From the NCBI GenBank assembly GCA_010093605.1, contig MU004182.1, positions 1,521,032 to 1,585,031 of the forward strand: a stretch of DNA of 64,000 nucleotides, given 5' to 3'. Positions 10,280-23,113 of the stretch are shown in pieces. Made by a program: the position numbers and the translations under genes. The notes beneath the pieces were generated by a model. That model saw only the letters and a program-made list of their open reading frames with translations. It was not told where the DNA came from and ran no database searches. Positions within the stretch are counted from its first letter, which is position 1, and each line of letters starts with the position of its first letter. The stretch comes from Lophium mytilinum. Lineage: Eukaryota.

Positions 10280-13200
10280 CTAGTCCAAATCGCTCCAGTC
10301 CAGTTCCATCACTGGAAGCGACTCTTGACAAAAAGTGCCACTTTCTTGGTCTCCTTCGGGCGCTCCATGTGTTGTATTTGCACCACCCGATCGATACCTT
10401 GGTAACGGCCAAGGCGAAAATTGAAAGTCAGACAAGTACGGAACGTCTTGTTGTGGCAGCATCTTTACGAAGTTGTATGGCCCATATGCTAATCCAGATG
10501 GTTTTCGCCAACTAGCAGAGCTGCTTTCAGTGACAGGATCGGGTTCCCTTGAAATGTTTCCAGGAAAAGCGAAAGGCTCCGGTTCATGTTCTGTAGTAAA
10601 GAACTCGTCAAATGAAATGCCGATGGTGTCCTCGTCGCGATCGTAGGCCGACTGGGAGACAGCAGGATGGAACATGCTGTAACCAGCACTGCTCCCTGGT
10701 GCTGAGGCTTCCTGTCGACAGTTCATGCTCACATCGCTATCAGAAGCCACAAGGTGTTGTGGCCGTTTCCCTTGCGCTTTGTGTGATAGCGCCTCTGCCA
10801 TATGGACCACTTCGACGCTACTTCCCGAGTATCGAGACGTGGTAGGGCTTTCGAAAGACCCGGCTTGTTTAGTCGAGCTTCCGGGCTCGCTGTCGCTGCT
10901 GGCTCTGCAGGACGGTGTGCCAAATGTTGTGGAAACAGCTTCGTCGTCCGAGGATGAAGACGGGCTCATCAGCTTTTGACGGCAGCTCTCAATGATGGCG
11001 GGTATGCAGCCCTTGATTTTGGTCATTATTGGCTCGATGAGTGCGAGCTCACGAGTTAGTTCTTCTTCGAGGGCTTCGGAAAGGGCGCGCTCGAGTTGTG
11101 GGCTCATTCCTTGCTGCTCATCTGTTGTTGTTAGCGATGTAAAGAACTGAGACGTAGATGAAGTTGACGTACACGGCGATGGCATGTTGGTATGGCCCGG
11201 AAATAGTACCGAGAACAGCATCCTCCATTTATCCTCGACGTTCCTCGCGTTAGCATACGGAGCCTTCTTGAAGTCAAGCCGCTTCAATAGCTGCGGACGG
11301 ATCCGGTCATCTTGCGGTTCAGCCTTCTTCTTGCAGATATCCTCCTGTCGCAGATGTTCAGAGTAGGCCTCCTCAGACTCCATCTCTAGCCAGCACCGGG
11401 AACAGCGCGGTGGTTGCGTATGCACGCGTTTGATGTGGTCCTTCAACTTTGCCATATCCGTGAATCCTTCCCCTCTACATGCAGCTTTCCTAAATTTCTC
11501 TGGCTGCCGCTGATGGAAAGGACATTTTAGTCTGCGCCGAGGCAGTCGATCTGGGGGCCCTTTTCCACTCTTCTTTCTAGGTCGATCGCCTGAGTCCGAG
11601 TCGTCCCCGTCGCCATTGCCATCATCTGGGTCGCGTCCGTTATCTCGCAACCTCTTGTTTCTTTGTGGCGTTTGAGAATTCGAGATTAATAAGGAGAGAC
11701 TTGGAGAGGCGGAGCTACTGGCACCCCTGGCCATCGACGAATTTGATCCCTCTGGAGCGTCTGTGGCTTCAGCTAAAGCGTAGTCCAGAAGTTGTCGAAG
11801 AAGCAGATTCTTTAATACATTCATAGCTGTGTCTAGGGTACTCTTGACGCTGATATCGTGGTCCTCAGAAGCTGTGTTCCTTTCGCTAGCCACTTCATCG
11901 AGGCTATGATCTTCGTCATCTTCCGGCTTGCCCACGCTGCTGTCACTAATACTTTCTGGCGAGGGGATGGGACTAGAGTGGATAGCAACGGAAGACTCTA
12001 GAACATCACGCTTATTGGGTTTCAACAGCAGAACGAGCTCTTTTGGCTCAACAGCATTTTTTTCCCTCTCACTCCCGCCGCCACGTACAAGGCCCGGAAC
12101 CTGGCCATTTGACGATCCTGCTGCATGTGGAGACTTGAATGGAGCTGATTTAGAGAATGCAATGTCCGACTTTGAGCGTAATGAGACATCGCGGTGAGGT
12201 ATTTCGGCTTGGTAACGTCGACCTCCTGAGGAGATAGCGCTCTGTTGTTGTTTCAGGATGGCGTTATTGGTGGCGTTTTTCTGCTGGCGCTCCCAAAGCA
12301 GGTGTTTGCGAAGGGATTCGGTCAGTTCGGTCTGAATTATATTGCGTCGGTTCGTGCGCGGAGACAATACAGGGGGTTGAGTGTTGGAGGCTGTTATAAT
12401 AATAGGCTTAGATTGAGGAATCTGGCTAGCGCGTATTATTAATCCGGGCTCCTTATGTGGGGAGGTGGCAAGGGATGAACCGTTAGGGGAGGACGTCCGT
12501 GACTGGCGTAATGCGGGAGTGGATGGCGATGCTGCGTTCTGGCGTGCTTTAGCCCGGTTGCCCTCATGCATTAGTGTTGTAAGCAGCGAGCGGCGCGGTC
12601 TTAGGTTAGCACTCGAGTCAACGCGTCGAAAAAGCTCCTTGTCGGTGACGCTGAATGGGCCACTGTTGTCGTCGTCCTCCCACTGGTCATCGTCGTCTTC
12701 CGTGTCCTCGTCCTCGATAGCATTATCATCCGACTCGTCGTCATCGTCGTCTTCCTCGATGTCGGTCTCAATAGCGCCCTCGCTCTCTTCTTGATCACCA
12801 ACGAGGCTGGGGTCATTCAAATGATGATACGATCGTAGGTGCTCGGTAAGCTGGTCGCGTTTGTTGAAACCGCAAGAACCTACCCAACCACACCTGTGAA
12901 CGATGCAAGGGAATGGCTTGTCTCCGCCGTGCACGGTTGTATGGTGTCGTTGAAGGTCAGCCAACCGGACAAACAAAGGGTTGGAAGTGCAGCCTTCAAA
13001 CTCGCATTTGAAGGTCGACTTCGGCTTCCTAGTATATATTAGCTAGTAGATGCGTTGAGGAATAATAATACCTACGCCTTCCCACTACTTGTCCTTGAAG
13101 CTGGAGGGGTTAGTGGAGTCAAGTGGCTGGCATAGCGCTCATTTGCTATAGGATCTTTGCTCTGCCCCTGATAATCCGGGAGCTGAATATCTGGCAATCC

Positions 13201-13518
13201 TTGATGGTACCACGCATAGGAATCCATGGACCTATTTACCGGTTGTGCCGAGACGAGGTGGGGCGGTGATAGATTATGTCCGCCTGGTGACAGATGCGGC
13301 TGACCTTTTGCGTATCCATGACTTGTTGCATTGGAGGGAGTAGTTTCATAAACAGCAATTCTATTGGAATCGGGTGAAGATGCAATGTCGTAAGGTTTTC
13401 TAGGTGTTGCCGGTTGGCTTTGGCTTGACTCGTAAGGTTTTTGTGAATAGGTAGACTCTACGACATCAGCAGCAACGACGGGCGCAAGGGAACAGGTCTG
13501 CAAGGATGATTTATCCAT
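10280..13518 (-). CDS. C2H2 zinc-finger protein containing an internal DUF3295-like segment
   Basis: Exon 13518-13076 joins through a 47-bp GT-AG intron (13075-13029) to CEFEGC...ADLQRHHTTVH and CIVHRC...DQLTEHLRSYH fingers. A second finger region reads LKCPFHQ...C....F....LKDHIKRVH. Likely in-frame intron 11172-11122 (GTACGT..CTAAC..CAG). Confidence 0.75.
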
Positions 13519-14842
13519 CGCGTAAGCCCAAATGCTATAAATGTGAGCCTACTTTGTAGCGTTGACGATGAGAGGGAAGGTGGGAGCGTCCGCAGAGGCC
13601 CGCGATAGTCTCCCCATATTCTTGGCCAGTGTTTTCTCACGCACAAGGCTGCGCTGAACATAGATCAGCGACAGCACAGATGTGCGAATGCTGTGGCTGT
13701 GCAAGATTTCGTAATCCGTGTCCTGACCAATGCCAATTTCTGGCCCCCACACTCTTTCCCTGTGGCGTTCATGTTCAACCGCACAACTGTGCGGTCGATA
13801 GTTTGTGAGTTTAAAAAGTCGTTGGCATCAATGTTCGAGTATCGAAAGCCAGCAGTTGCACGGATACTCAAATGAAAAGTAGGAATGATAGCCTTATGAA
13901 AGGAGATGTATATAGAGAGTCGAGAAAGAGAGCAATGGCCACAGAGTACCAACAATCCAGATATCAGCCAAAAGAGAATTCTTCCACAATAGGCCTTTAT
14001 TTAATCTTTTTCCAGACTATCTCACACCAGTCACCGGACAACACGGAAACGCAGCGCTAAGATGGCGGCTAGCAGCCAAACAGCTCCTGCACCTACGGGA
14101 AACCAGCATGGGTTAGTGATACACTTGATGATTGGCTGCCAATTTTTCTGACTGTGCTACAGTTCTGGAACAGTTCGGGAACCACTCTCCTTCAGTATGC
14201 AGCGCTTTCTCGAGAACCGCGACGATGGAGCTTTGTTGCTTCATGAACAATCCAGTCAGAGCAGCTCTCGAAGTGATCGCTTGCAAGCTGTCATCGATGA
14301 AGTGGATCGATTGGCGTTATCTAGGAAAGACGCCGAGAGCAAAAGGACAAGCAGGGTGAAGACTCGTGAATGGCCCACGCGTGCAGAAGGAGTAGGTTGG
14401 TAGGACAATACAGACGCGTGTATTGGTGTTGGATGTCCGTAGCGAAGAAGAGACAAGGGCGAGGAGGATTATCCTTAGCGCACGGGTCCCGTGATGACTC
14501 AGCCCAGTGTCAACTGTAAACAGGCCATCATCATTGCGTTTTGTCCAGTCATCTGTTATTTAAGGAGTTGGGGTACGCAAGGTGCAGTATTCACGGGAAA
14601 CGTTAATCATGACTTATTGGAGCGTTGGGCTATCGTAGATAGAGCTATGCAAAATTCTCGTATATCTGCACCTATCAGTCACGTGTCTACTTGAATACAT
14701 AGAGTCTTGAAAATTTGCTCTGAGGTATCTCAAGTGCTTGAATTCGTCGATAATACACAGGTTATCCACTCCTCTTAGTTTATGTCTCTTAACCGTGAGC
14801 AATCCTCAACTCCTCCGACGTCAATAGCCAACCGCCTGCCCC

Positions 14843-16863
14843 TCAAGAGGACCTGCGACCATACGGCTCAAACGGAAACACCGCCGCAACCGCCGCCATA
14901 ACGATATACAGCGCGGCACAGATATAAATTGGCACAGGGGTGTTCGTCTACATTGCACGTCTATCATTAGCTTGACATCCCGAGGGCCTCAACATGGAGC
15001 TTACTCACATCCGCAACGGTCGCAATAACTGCGCTCAAAATCCCCATCACCCTATTAAACCCCACCGCAATCCCATTCCCGGTCCCTCGATGCGCACTCG
15101 GCAGTACCTCAGGCGTGTACGCATACAGCGTGCCGTAATACACGTTCAGCCAAAAGCTGATTGCGCAATTGAAGCCTAGGTTCTGCGCGTTGTTGCGCAC
15201 CTGCGTGTATGCAAAGAAGAAAGTCATGGTGACGAGTGCTCCGATGACCATGGTATATTTCCGGCCTAGTAATTTGAGGGAGCAGAGGTAGCCGGCTAGG
15301 ATAGGTCCGAAGATCGAACACATGTTTGAGAGGGCGTAGTTGCGCCAAGTAATATAGGAGGATGTTTCGCCGAATGAGGCGCCGCGGGAAGCGAGGTAGG
15401 AGGGTAGGAAGACGCTGTAGAGAGGGTATGCAAGGCCGATGAGGGTCCATGAGAACCAGATCAAGGAGGTTGAAAGAGCAATGCGTGGAGTCGCGAAGAG
15501 ACCTCGCAAGTGCACTGTGAGGCCCGAAAGGGCAAATCTAGAACCTGACTGTATAGCCGTGACGCCGCACGCAGAGAGTTTCTCGAGAGTTAATGAGCAG
15601 GAACGGCCATATCTTGTTGCAATGCCTTGAAGGGTTTCGACTACTTCGGTGTCGGCGCCGCGGCCGAGGAGGTATTTGGGGGTCTCATTGAGGCGGATCA
15701 CGGTGATTCGAAGAATTGACATGACGAATACTAGCGAGCCGGACGCGTACCAGATGTAGCGCCATCCTTTATTATTGGAGTAGGCGCAAGGGGCGGCGGC
15801 AGGGTCGATCGATGGATCAATACAGGAGAAATTGGGGATGAAGGCCCAGGCGAAGAGGCCTGCAACCAACTGACCAATTCCTGGTGTCGGTTAGCTGGAG
15901 GGTGGTAAACGACTGGAGTGATCTCAACCGAGTACTTCGAGTTGGGATACTGGGCGGAGAAAGAAAGCTTGAGTTTCGGGGAGCTTCGAATTCAAAGAGA
16001 TAGGCAAGCAGCTGACTCATGAGAAGGAATAGGTAGGAAAAATACGCACCCCACCATGCCGCCATCAAAGTCAGCAGCCACTGATCTTTACTGGGTAGAT
16101 ATTCTAAGAAGACTGTGGTGTCCAAAACCAGATTTCCTCCGGCACCAAATGAACTCAGGGCGATGAACAGCCCCAGTACATACCAATTTGGCGAGGTCCC
16201 AGCGAGAATGGCAAAGATAGAGCAGACCATGAGGGACACATTAAAGGCAAACTTCCTTCCAATGACGTCGGCGCCCATTCCCCAAAAAAGAGCTCCGATG
16301 AGCATCCCCGAGTAAGCGGCCATGGTCATGCCTTTGGGGTACGATGGATTGAATTCGAGGGCAGCCTGGCCTGCGATGATGGATTGGATGAGCAGGATAA
16401 GAGAATCAACGGCGTAGCTATAGGCTCGTGAGCGGGTGCATATGGACGGAAGGTGCACTGGGAAATATATCGTATCGGAGGAATGAGGTGCGTTCGGTGA
16501 TAAAAACATCTTTTGGGGCTGGAGCACGAGATTTCTGGATTGTTTACCCAAAACCGTTCAGCACGAAAAGCTTCCATTGATACGTGGTGAACCCAATCTC
16601 GTCAATAGCCTAGATAAAGCTGTGTCAGCCATGGAGAATGAGTACTAACACGTCCACAAATATTGCGATCATAGCTTTGAATAGGTTAGGTGATGGTTAT
16701 AGGTACTAACGTCGTTGACCAGATGCATTTTTGCATTAAGCACAGGATCCGTATGCTCTAGTTGTAATATGTCTTCGCCCTTATGAATTGAGATTGTTTC
16801 TAGTGATACCTGCTCAACATCTCCCGACAGAACTTTGATATCTTCATCTTTCTCTGACGTCAT
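14843..16863 (-). CDS. MFS transporter, SV2-like / sugar-porter-related
   Basis: Multi-exon. AIDEIGFTTYQWKLFVLNGFG; GADVIGRKFAF (MFS motif A); GGNLVLDTTVFLEYLP; YAYTPEVLPSAHRGTGNG; ends FPFEPYGRRSS*. Confidence 0.88.
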
Positions 16864-18752
16864 GGTGGATAGGTGGTTGATCTTGACGAGAGAATTCGTT
16901 CAGGACATCCGTCCGGTGATACCCAGCGTCCGATTTGGATTTTAAGAAAGCACTGGAGCAGGTCTCGGATGGGGTTGAAAGTTATGGCAGTCAGGTACCT
17001 CCCAACGTAACAATGAAACGGGCGAGCAATAGTGGAATAAAGTAAGACTGCAACTGTGAAGCGCGGGCCTGGACCAGGAAGCCAGCTATTCGTTGAGGGG
17101 AGGAAAGTATATGCAGGTGCTAATGACTTTATATGAAGGAAGGGCCAACCACAATGTTTTTGGTGCTGCTGGTGCCTTTATAACAAAAGGATACATATAA
17201 GCAAGATTAGATCCATCTTTCTACGGGCCTGAATTTGGCTTCATACGCCGTTGCTTTGACGATGCGCCCGAGGTTCCAAGGTTACCTTGTGGGGACGACC
17301 CCAATACACATCCGTTGATAGGTCAGACTAACTACGTAGGCGTCATGAAATATAAGAGGCCTCCTTATCTATAATCTTGAGATCCTATTCGACCTATTTA
17401 GGATGTTCATTCCACTGATGAAGTTTGCTGGCGGCCTCGTTATCACTGATGCCCCGCCGCCCCGCGCATCTGCTTTGCGATCCGTCGAATGAGTTCAGCT
17501 TCAAGTGGATCAATTCAATGAAAAGTACTCATATATTTGTGTTATCGCACCTTCGGCCTGATTAGTGTACCGGGGGACCACTGTGGAGATCGAACGTGAA
17601 GGTTGTTGAGATTCACGTTGACGACCATGCACTTGAAACCTGGGCTTTCGTACTGGGTAATACACGCAGACGGTGTAGACCTGGTCACGTCATTCTAGAA
17701 TCTCAACCCGACCACCCTACTTCCCTTCCGCGGCACCTGGCTCACCTTCGTCAAATGTTTGGATCCCATTGCTCGCAATCAATCGTTACTGATAGCAATC
17801 CCCTTCCGTGTTCCATGGCCATCGTACGCAACCTTTCCCTCCCATTCTCTGTATCTGTACATTAGGTTAAGCTCATCGATGCCACTTGACGGCTCTGCCT
17901 TCGGAAATTCTTTCCTTGTGACCTTCAAATAAGCCGGCAATGTATAATTTTAGTGGCGTACACATCTTCTAGTCTAGAAGATGCTGGAGACTATCTAGTC
18001 GGTTTGGAACTTGCCACTTTCAGGAAGAAGATCGCAATGCCAGAAGACGTACTCTCCAAGCTCCACAAGCGGGATACTAGAATGCAGGTGTCGGCTCCTC
18101 AAACACTCGCCAATATCGTCGCAATTGCCAAGGCGAAGGGACCGGGCGGTGTAAATCAAGAGCAGCTAATTATAGAATACGCCCTGGTGACTAGCGTGGG
18201 GAGAAACAGTCAATATATTGCAATTGTCCAAGTACAGCCCCTACTATGCAGACGTTTGCTATGGTTAGCATGCAGGTGGCGCCAAGGGTAAACTAGAGTA
18301 CTGGAAGATGATGAGAGAGATTCCATGGCCCGGCATCTCCTTTGCAGGGTTAAAAAGTCTTTTGTTACGCAGCATTTACGAGATGCACTAACCACAGTAT
18401 GCGCGAAGGGGCTGTACATTAACTAGAGCGTGCGTCTAGGGGCTGTAGTGGTAACGATTGTACCACCGTAAGAATAGATTCTCCTAAACCTCCTTCCTAC
18501 TTCTCGCTTTGCCTTTCCGCTCTTCTCCCTGTCTCAGATCCTTGTTGGAGCGTTCATTCGCCAGCCTTGCCACAACCTCGTGTGATGTGGCTGCAGCAAT
18601 ACATGCAAGTCGGGATCAGCTGAACTCGACAAAGACAAGGCTGGGCTGGAATCCGAAACTCAGGCCACAGCCTGATAAGCGCCCAGAACAATATAAAGCT
18701 CAAAATGCATGTCTCTGCTTAATTTCGATCGGCTTTTCGGTCAACCGACGAC

Positions 18753-20652
18753 ATGGCCGCAGCGCATGGTGTTGATGCGCAAAGCCCAGCGCCCTCAACA
18801 CTATCGCAATCGCAAATGGGCGATGGCCACACGCTCGACAATACAGGCTACTGCATCTTATCTTTGGACGGCGGGGGTGTTCGTGGCCTTGCGACGCTAT
18901 GTATGCTACAGAGCATCATGAACCGGCTGAACTATGAGCGCGAAGAGGCAGGGCTGCGGCCGAGGAAACCGTGCGAAATCTTCGATTTGATCGGCGGGAC
19001 GAGTACGGGAGGGTAGGCGCTTCCCATTTCTCCATTAAAAGATGCTGAACAGTGTCGCAGGCTCATCGCCATCATGCTGGGCCGGCTCGAAATGTCCGTC
19101 GAGGAATGCATAGTTGCATACAAGAAAATGATGAAGCAGGTCTTCGAAAAGAAAGCCAACCGTTCTTTCATTGGCATCCTGGGTGGTGTACAACCGAGGT
19201 TCTCGTCCAAGGCTCTCGAAAATGCTATTTCACAAGTGATCAAAGGATGTGGTCTCTCAGTCGATGAAAGGCTCGAGAACGGGACGAGGCCACGGTGTAA
19301 AGTGTGAGTCTATACGCGATGCCTGTCAATCTTCTTCAAAGCTAACAGTCCAGCTTCGTCTGCACAAAATTCCAAAAAACAAACGCCATCACCCGTCTAC
19401 GCAGCTACCGCCTCCCAGCAGGCTCCGACTTCCACCCAACTATCCTCGAAGCCGCTCTCGCGACATCCGCCGCCCCAACCTACTTCTCCGACACCGCCAT
19501 CGCCGGCAGCAAGTTCGTCGACGGCGCGCTCGGGGCGAACAACCCTGTCGTAGAAGTGGAGGAGGAGGCCGCGGATCTCTGGTGTGAAGAGACGGGCCAC
19601 TTGCAACCGCTCGTGAAATGCTTCATCTCCATCGGCACTGGACATCCCGGCACACGCAGCGTGTCCGACAAGGGACTGAAGAACCTCGTGCAGACGCTGC
19701 AAAAAGAGGCGACGGAGACGGAGAACACGAACCAGCAATTCCTCGGCCGATGGCGCGACTATGTGGAAAAGGACCGCTGCTTCCGCTTCAATGTCGAGCA
19801 CGGCCTTGAGAACGTGGAGCTGGCGGAGTTTCAGCAGCAGGACCTCATCCAGGCGGCAACTTCGACGTATCTGAGGGAACGGGGCACAAAGGGGAAGGTG
19901 CGGATGTGTGTGGAGAATCTGAGGACGAAGGAGTGTACGTCTAGCACGAATCTCGTAGAACTTGATATTGTGTGATATAAACAAGACATAGCTGATTCCC
20001 CCGCGTCCTTGCAGATCATCCCACAGCCGAATTCATAAGAGAGCTAAAGCAGAAAACGCTTGTAGGAGAGAGCCAGCGACCATCCCAAGCATTGTCGCGC
20101 GCTACGACGTCTGAGATCGCGGAACTCATTAATCTGGGGAACTCGAACCTTAAAGTGTCGCCTGACAGAATCACGATAGACCATCTGAAGCAAGCTCGCC
20201 ATTACTTCTCGAAGGCGCTGCACTATCTCGAGAACAACCCTGCAAGCTCGCCCAAGCAGGTCTCGCGGGTGTGTCAGAGATTGATGGAGACTTCAATTGG
20301 ACTGTCCATGAAAGTTCGCGACGCCGCGGAACGGAAGAGACACGCGAACCAAGCTCATGAGTACGGAAAGGCGGCTCTGGATAATGTGCTGAGGTGCCAG
20401 GATATATGCATGATTGCGCAAGTCCAGTTTCTGCTGGCTTGTGTGAGTGTGTGGAAGGTGTATCTGGAGGCGAGAACGAGTGGGGTAGAGCCGAAGAGTC
20501 ATCCAGAGAGGGATAACGTCGAGGTCCTGGTGGTGGAGAGGCTCGAGGAGTTGAGGAGGTTTCAGAATTTGGATATGGAAGCGTATGAGGCGCAGGCGAG
20601 AAAGTATCTGAGTTATCTGATGAAACCGTCACGAAATCAAGCGTGGGAGTGA
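18753..20652 (+). CDS. Patatin-like phospholipase with a C-terminal alpha-helical (TPR-like) domain, ~573 aa
   Basis: Exons 18753-19012, 19061-19303, 19354-19934 and 20015-20652 splice in frame. Motifs LSLDGGGVRG, GTSTG (catalytic Ser), ATSAAPTYF and FVDGALGANNP (catalytic Asp). Confidence 0.88.
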
Positions 20653-20807
20653 AATGTGATAGATAGAGTTCTTGTGTTCGCGAGATAGTTGACAAAGAAA
20701 AGGAAAGATATATTACTGTAGTAATTTCCAAGTCTCAGAGCAACCCTTGACGCCCAACTTCCCAAGCCTCGTTATGATGAAATCGTCACCGGGTGCCATT
20801 TTCCCGT

Positions 20808-21662
20808 CTACCATCTCGGATGATACGCCGGCGCAGCAGATACCAGCGTGTGAGCTGGTGGTGGCATCCCTGACACCATCGACACAGAATCATCGGGCGT
20901 GATTTCGGATCCGGCCATCTTTGGATAATACGGCTCGTGGTACGGGTTTGGTGGGTATACGGGTTGTAAGTTGAACGGAGGCTGTGGTGGGTGTGGAACT
21001 TTCCCTCCTCCAAAGCACTCCAGTTTCTTGAGCAAAGTCGAGAGGATCACCAAGCCGGCCAGTCCTCCAACAGCTATCCCAATGATTGCGGAGGTAGAAA
21101 GTCCGTGTGACTGTGAAGAGGAACTCTTTCCCGTTGAAGAGCTTGTCGGTTCAAGACTGACACCCGTAGCCGTCACCGTACTCGAACCCCCCGGCCCAGT
21201 TGTTGTCGCCTGTATTGTAGCGGGTCCAGTTACAGCAAATCCTTTCTCAACACAATACTGCGAATAGATGCTCCCTGCGGTGGAGGCATCGATCGCGACG
21301 TCGCCAACCTTGCACCCCTCCGACACACAGCTAGTCAAATAGCTTTGCGCTACGGGTTGCAAGTCCTGCCGGCAATAACAGTCGTTTTTAGCGAGCCAAT
21401 TACTGTCCTGGCAATCTGTGTGTGGTGCACAGCCTATTACACTTCCGAGAATATCGTTTGGACAGAAACCCGTCGTCACGAAGCAGTCTCGTGCGCATTC
21501 TTTTTGAGATGGGAAGGCAGACAGGGTGGTTACTTGTTGAGTTACTGTTCCGACTTGGGCGTGCGCGTTTGGAAGGATGAGGATCGTGGTCGAGAAGATG
21601 AGAAGATGCAACAAGGCATGGGAAGCTGAACATATGCTCCTCGTTTTTGAAGTGGTTGGCAT
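20808..21662 (-). CDS. Single-pass cell-surface protein with a Cys-rich CFEM-like ectodomain
   Basis: Signal peptide; Cys-rich domain (CARDC...CYC...SCVSEGC...YC); Ser/Thr stalk; transmembrane segment AIIGIAVGGLAGLVIL; Pro/Tyr-rich cytoplasmic tail. Confidence 0.78.
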   Translation of the reverse strand: MPTTSKTRSICSASHALLHLLIFSTTILILPNAHAQVGTVTQQVTTLSAFPSQKECARDCFVTTGFCPNDILGSVIGCAPHTDCQDSNWLAKNDCYCRQDLQPVAQSYLTSCVSEGCKVGDVAIDASTAGSIYSQYCVEKGFAVTGPATIQATTTGPGGSSTVTATGVSLEPTSSSTGKSSSSQSHGLSTSAIIGIAVGGLAGLVILSTLLKKLECFGGGKVPHPPQPPFNLQPVYPPNPYHEPYYPKMAGSEITPDDSVSMVSGMPPPAHTLVSAAPAYHPRW

Positions 21663-23113
21663 TGCGTTAGACTCGGTGCCAGAAGGGTGAGGGAAGACTG
21701 GACGGCGAGGCTGCGATTTTGCAAAGCTCCACAGTGATTATATCTGAAGGACCCCCGAAGATAAGAGGGGCTCTCGTCCATAGTGCTGGGCGTTTTCAGC
21801 TCGTATTAGCTGTCCCACCCTTCAGCAACGGGACGACCAGAAGAAACGATCAGCGGCCCGCTCGGCCTAGTTTGTCGTCGTGCATATGTTACCGCCTGTG
21901 GCGTTTACGGACGCAGGGGCGCTCATGCACGAGCACGCCACAGGAGGCCTTGTGCGATGCGTCTGCAGGGGCTAGAATTCGGGAGTTTGGGGGACACGAC
22001 AAAGTGACCGGTGAGAATAACTGAGCTGATTTCTCTGCATTCTTCGCATAAAAACTAGGAGATTCAACTTGACTGGGGTGAAAGAACGTGAGATGTTGGA
22101 CTGGAGATTTTGCCATTTACGAAACTGAGATGGATGTTACAGGCTGCAGAAAAAGAGCAATTCCACCACAGATATGAGCTCCCGTGTCTTCGTTCACTTC
22201 CCATATCAGCCAGACATATAGGAAGCTGAAGCTGTGAGATTAGAATCGCCAAACGACTTCCAACCGGGAGGGTACAGCCAAATATGGTGTACGATAAACT
22301 CATAAGAAAGTGAGGTAATTCGCACGAACTTGGAAGGAACTCTCTTTACCCTTATCACCTGCCGCATGAATGTCTGATAATACGCTCCCGTGGAGCAGTT
22401 CAACCTGCCTGTTGCTCGCAGAATCTCGAATCCGCGTCTGAGGGTAGAGAAGCGCCGTGACATCTCGTTCGAGTGCTAAGTCGAACACCGACCGCTGAAC
22501 TTCTGCGGAAATAACCTCACATTGCGAACTTTCAGCGTTCATTTTTCTTGGAAATGTATACACTGGATGGCTCGCGGTGTAGCAGAGCGACTCTTTGATC
22601 CAGGAGTCGCGATGGCAAAGGGTGATATTCTATAGTCAGGAGAATGACAAAGATCGCGTTTAAGTTGATACGGCCCTGTCGGAAAGATACCAAGAAGGCG
22701 CTGCCTCATTCTAACGAGTAGGTTGGAGTTATATCTTGGAAGGCATATCTAGGTCTGATGGCGGTGCAGTCAACCGTCTAGCAAGACGAGAGGGTGCACC
22801 TGCGCGGGCGATACACAGAGGGTAGAGGAAGTTAGTTCAGGAAAACGGTGGATAGTGATCTGCCGGGACGAGCTGTTAAGTTGACAAGAAGTTCGTGGTG
22901 TCCTAGAAAAGAGAATCCGCAGCGAGCGTCAAGAAATTTATGGGCAGGACTAGAAATTCACGTGTGATGAAACTTACGCCTACCTAGGTAGTGCATTCCC
23001 CTTAATCCAGATTCCCCTTAGACTAGTCTAGGTACGGATAGCCTGATAGGCAGCTGCCGTACCTCGCCCGCCAAAATCAACAACATTGAAACCTTCTATC
23101 ACTACAACCAACA

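Noticed and set aside
13872..14456. Short plus-strand ORFs with protein-like stretches (QRFLENRDDGALLL...)
   Set aside because: May be a gene relic, but I could not assign a family or build a consistent exon model.
17953..18291. 112-aa ORF upstream of the patatin gene
   Set aside because: No canonical start or recognisable domain. Possible pseudogene fragment, unsupported without a search.
22064..22563. Overlapping minus-strand ORFs between the CFEM-like and F-box genes
   Set aside because: Broken by stops, with no identifiable motif.
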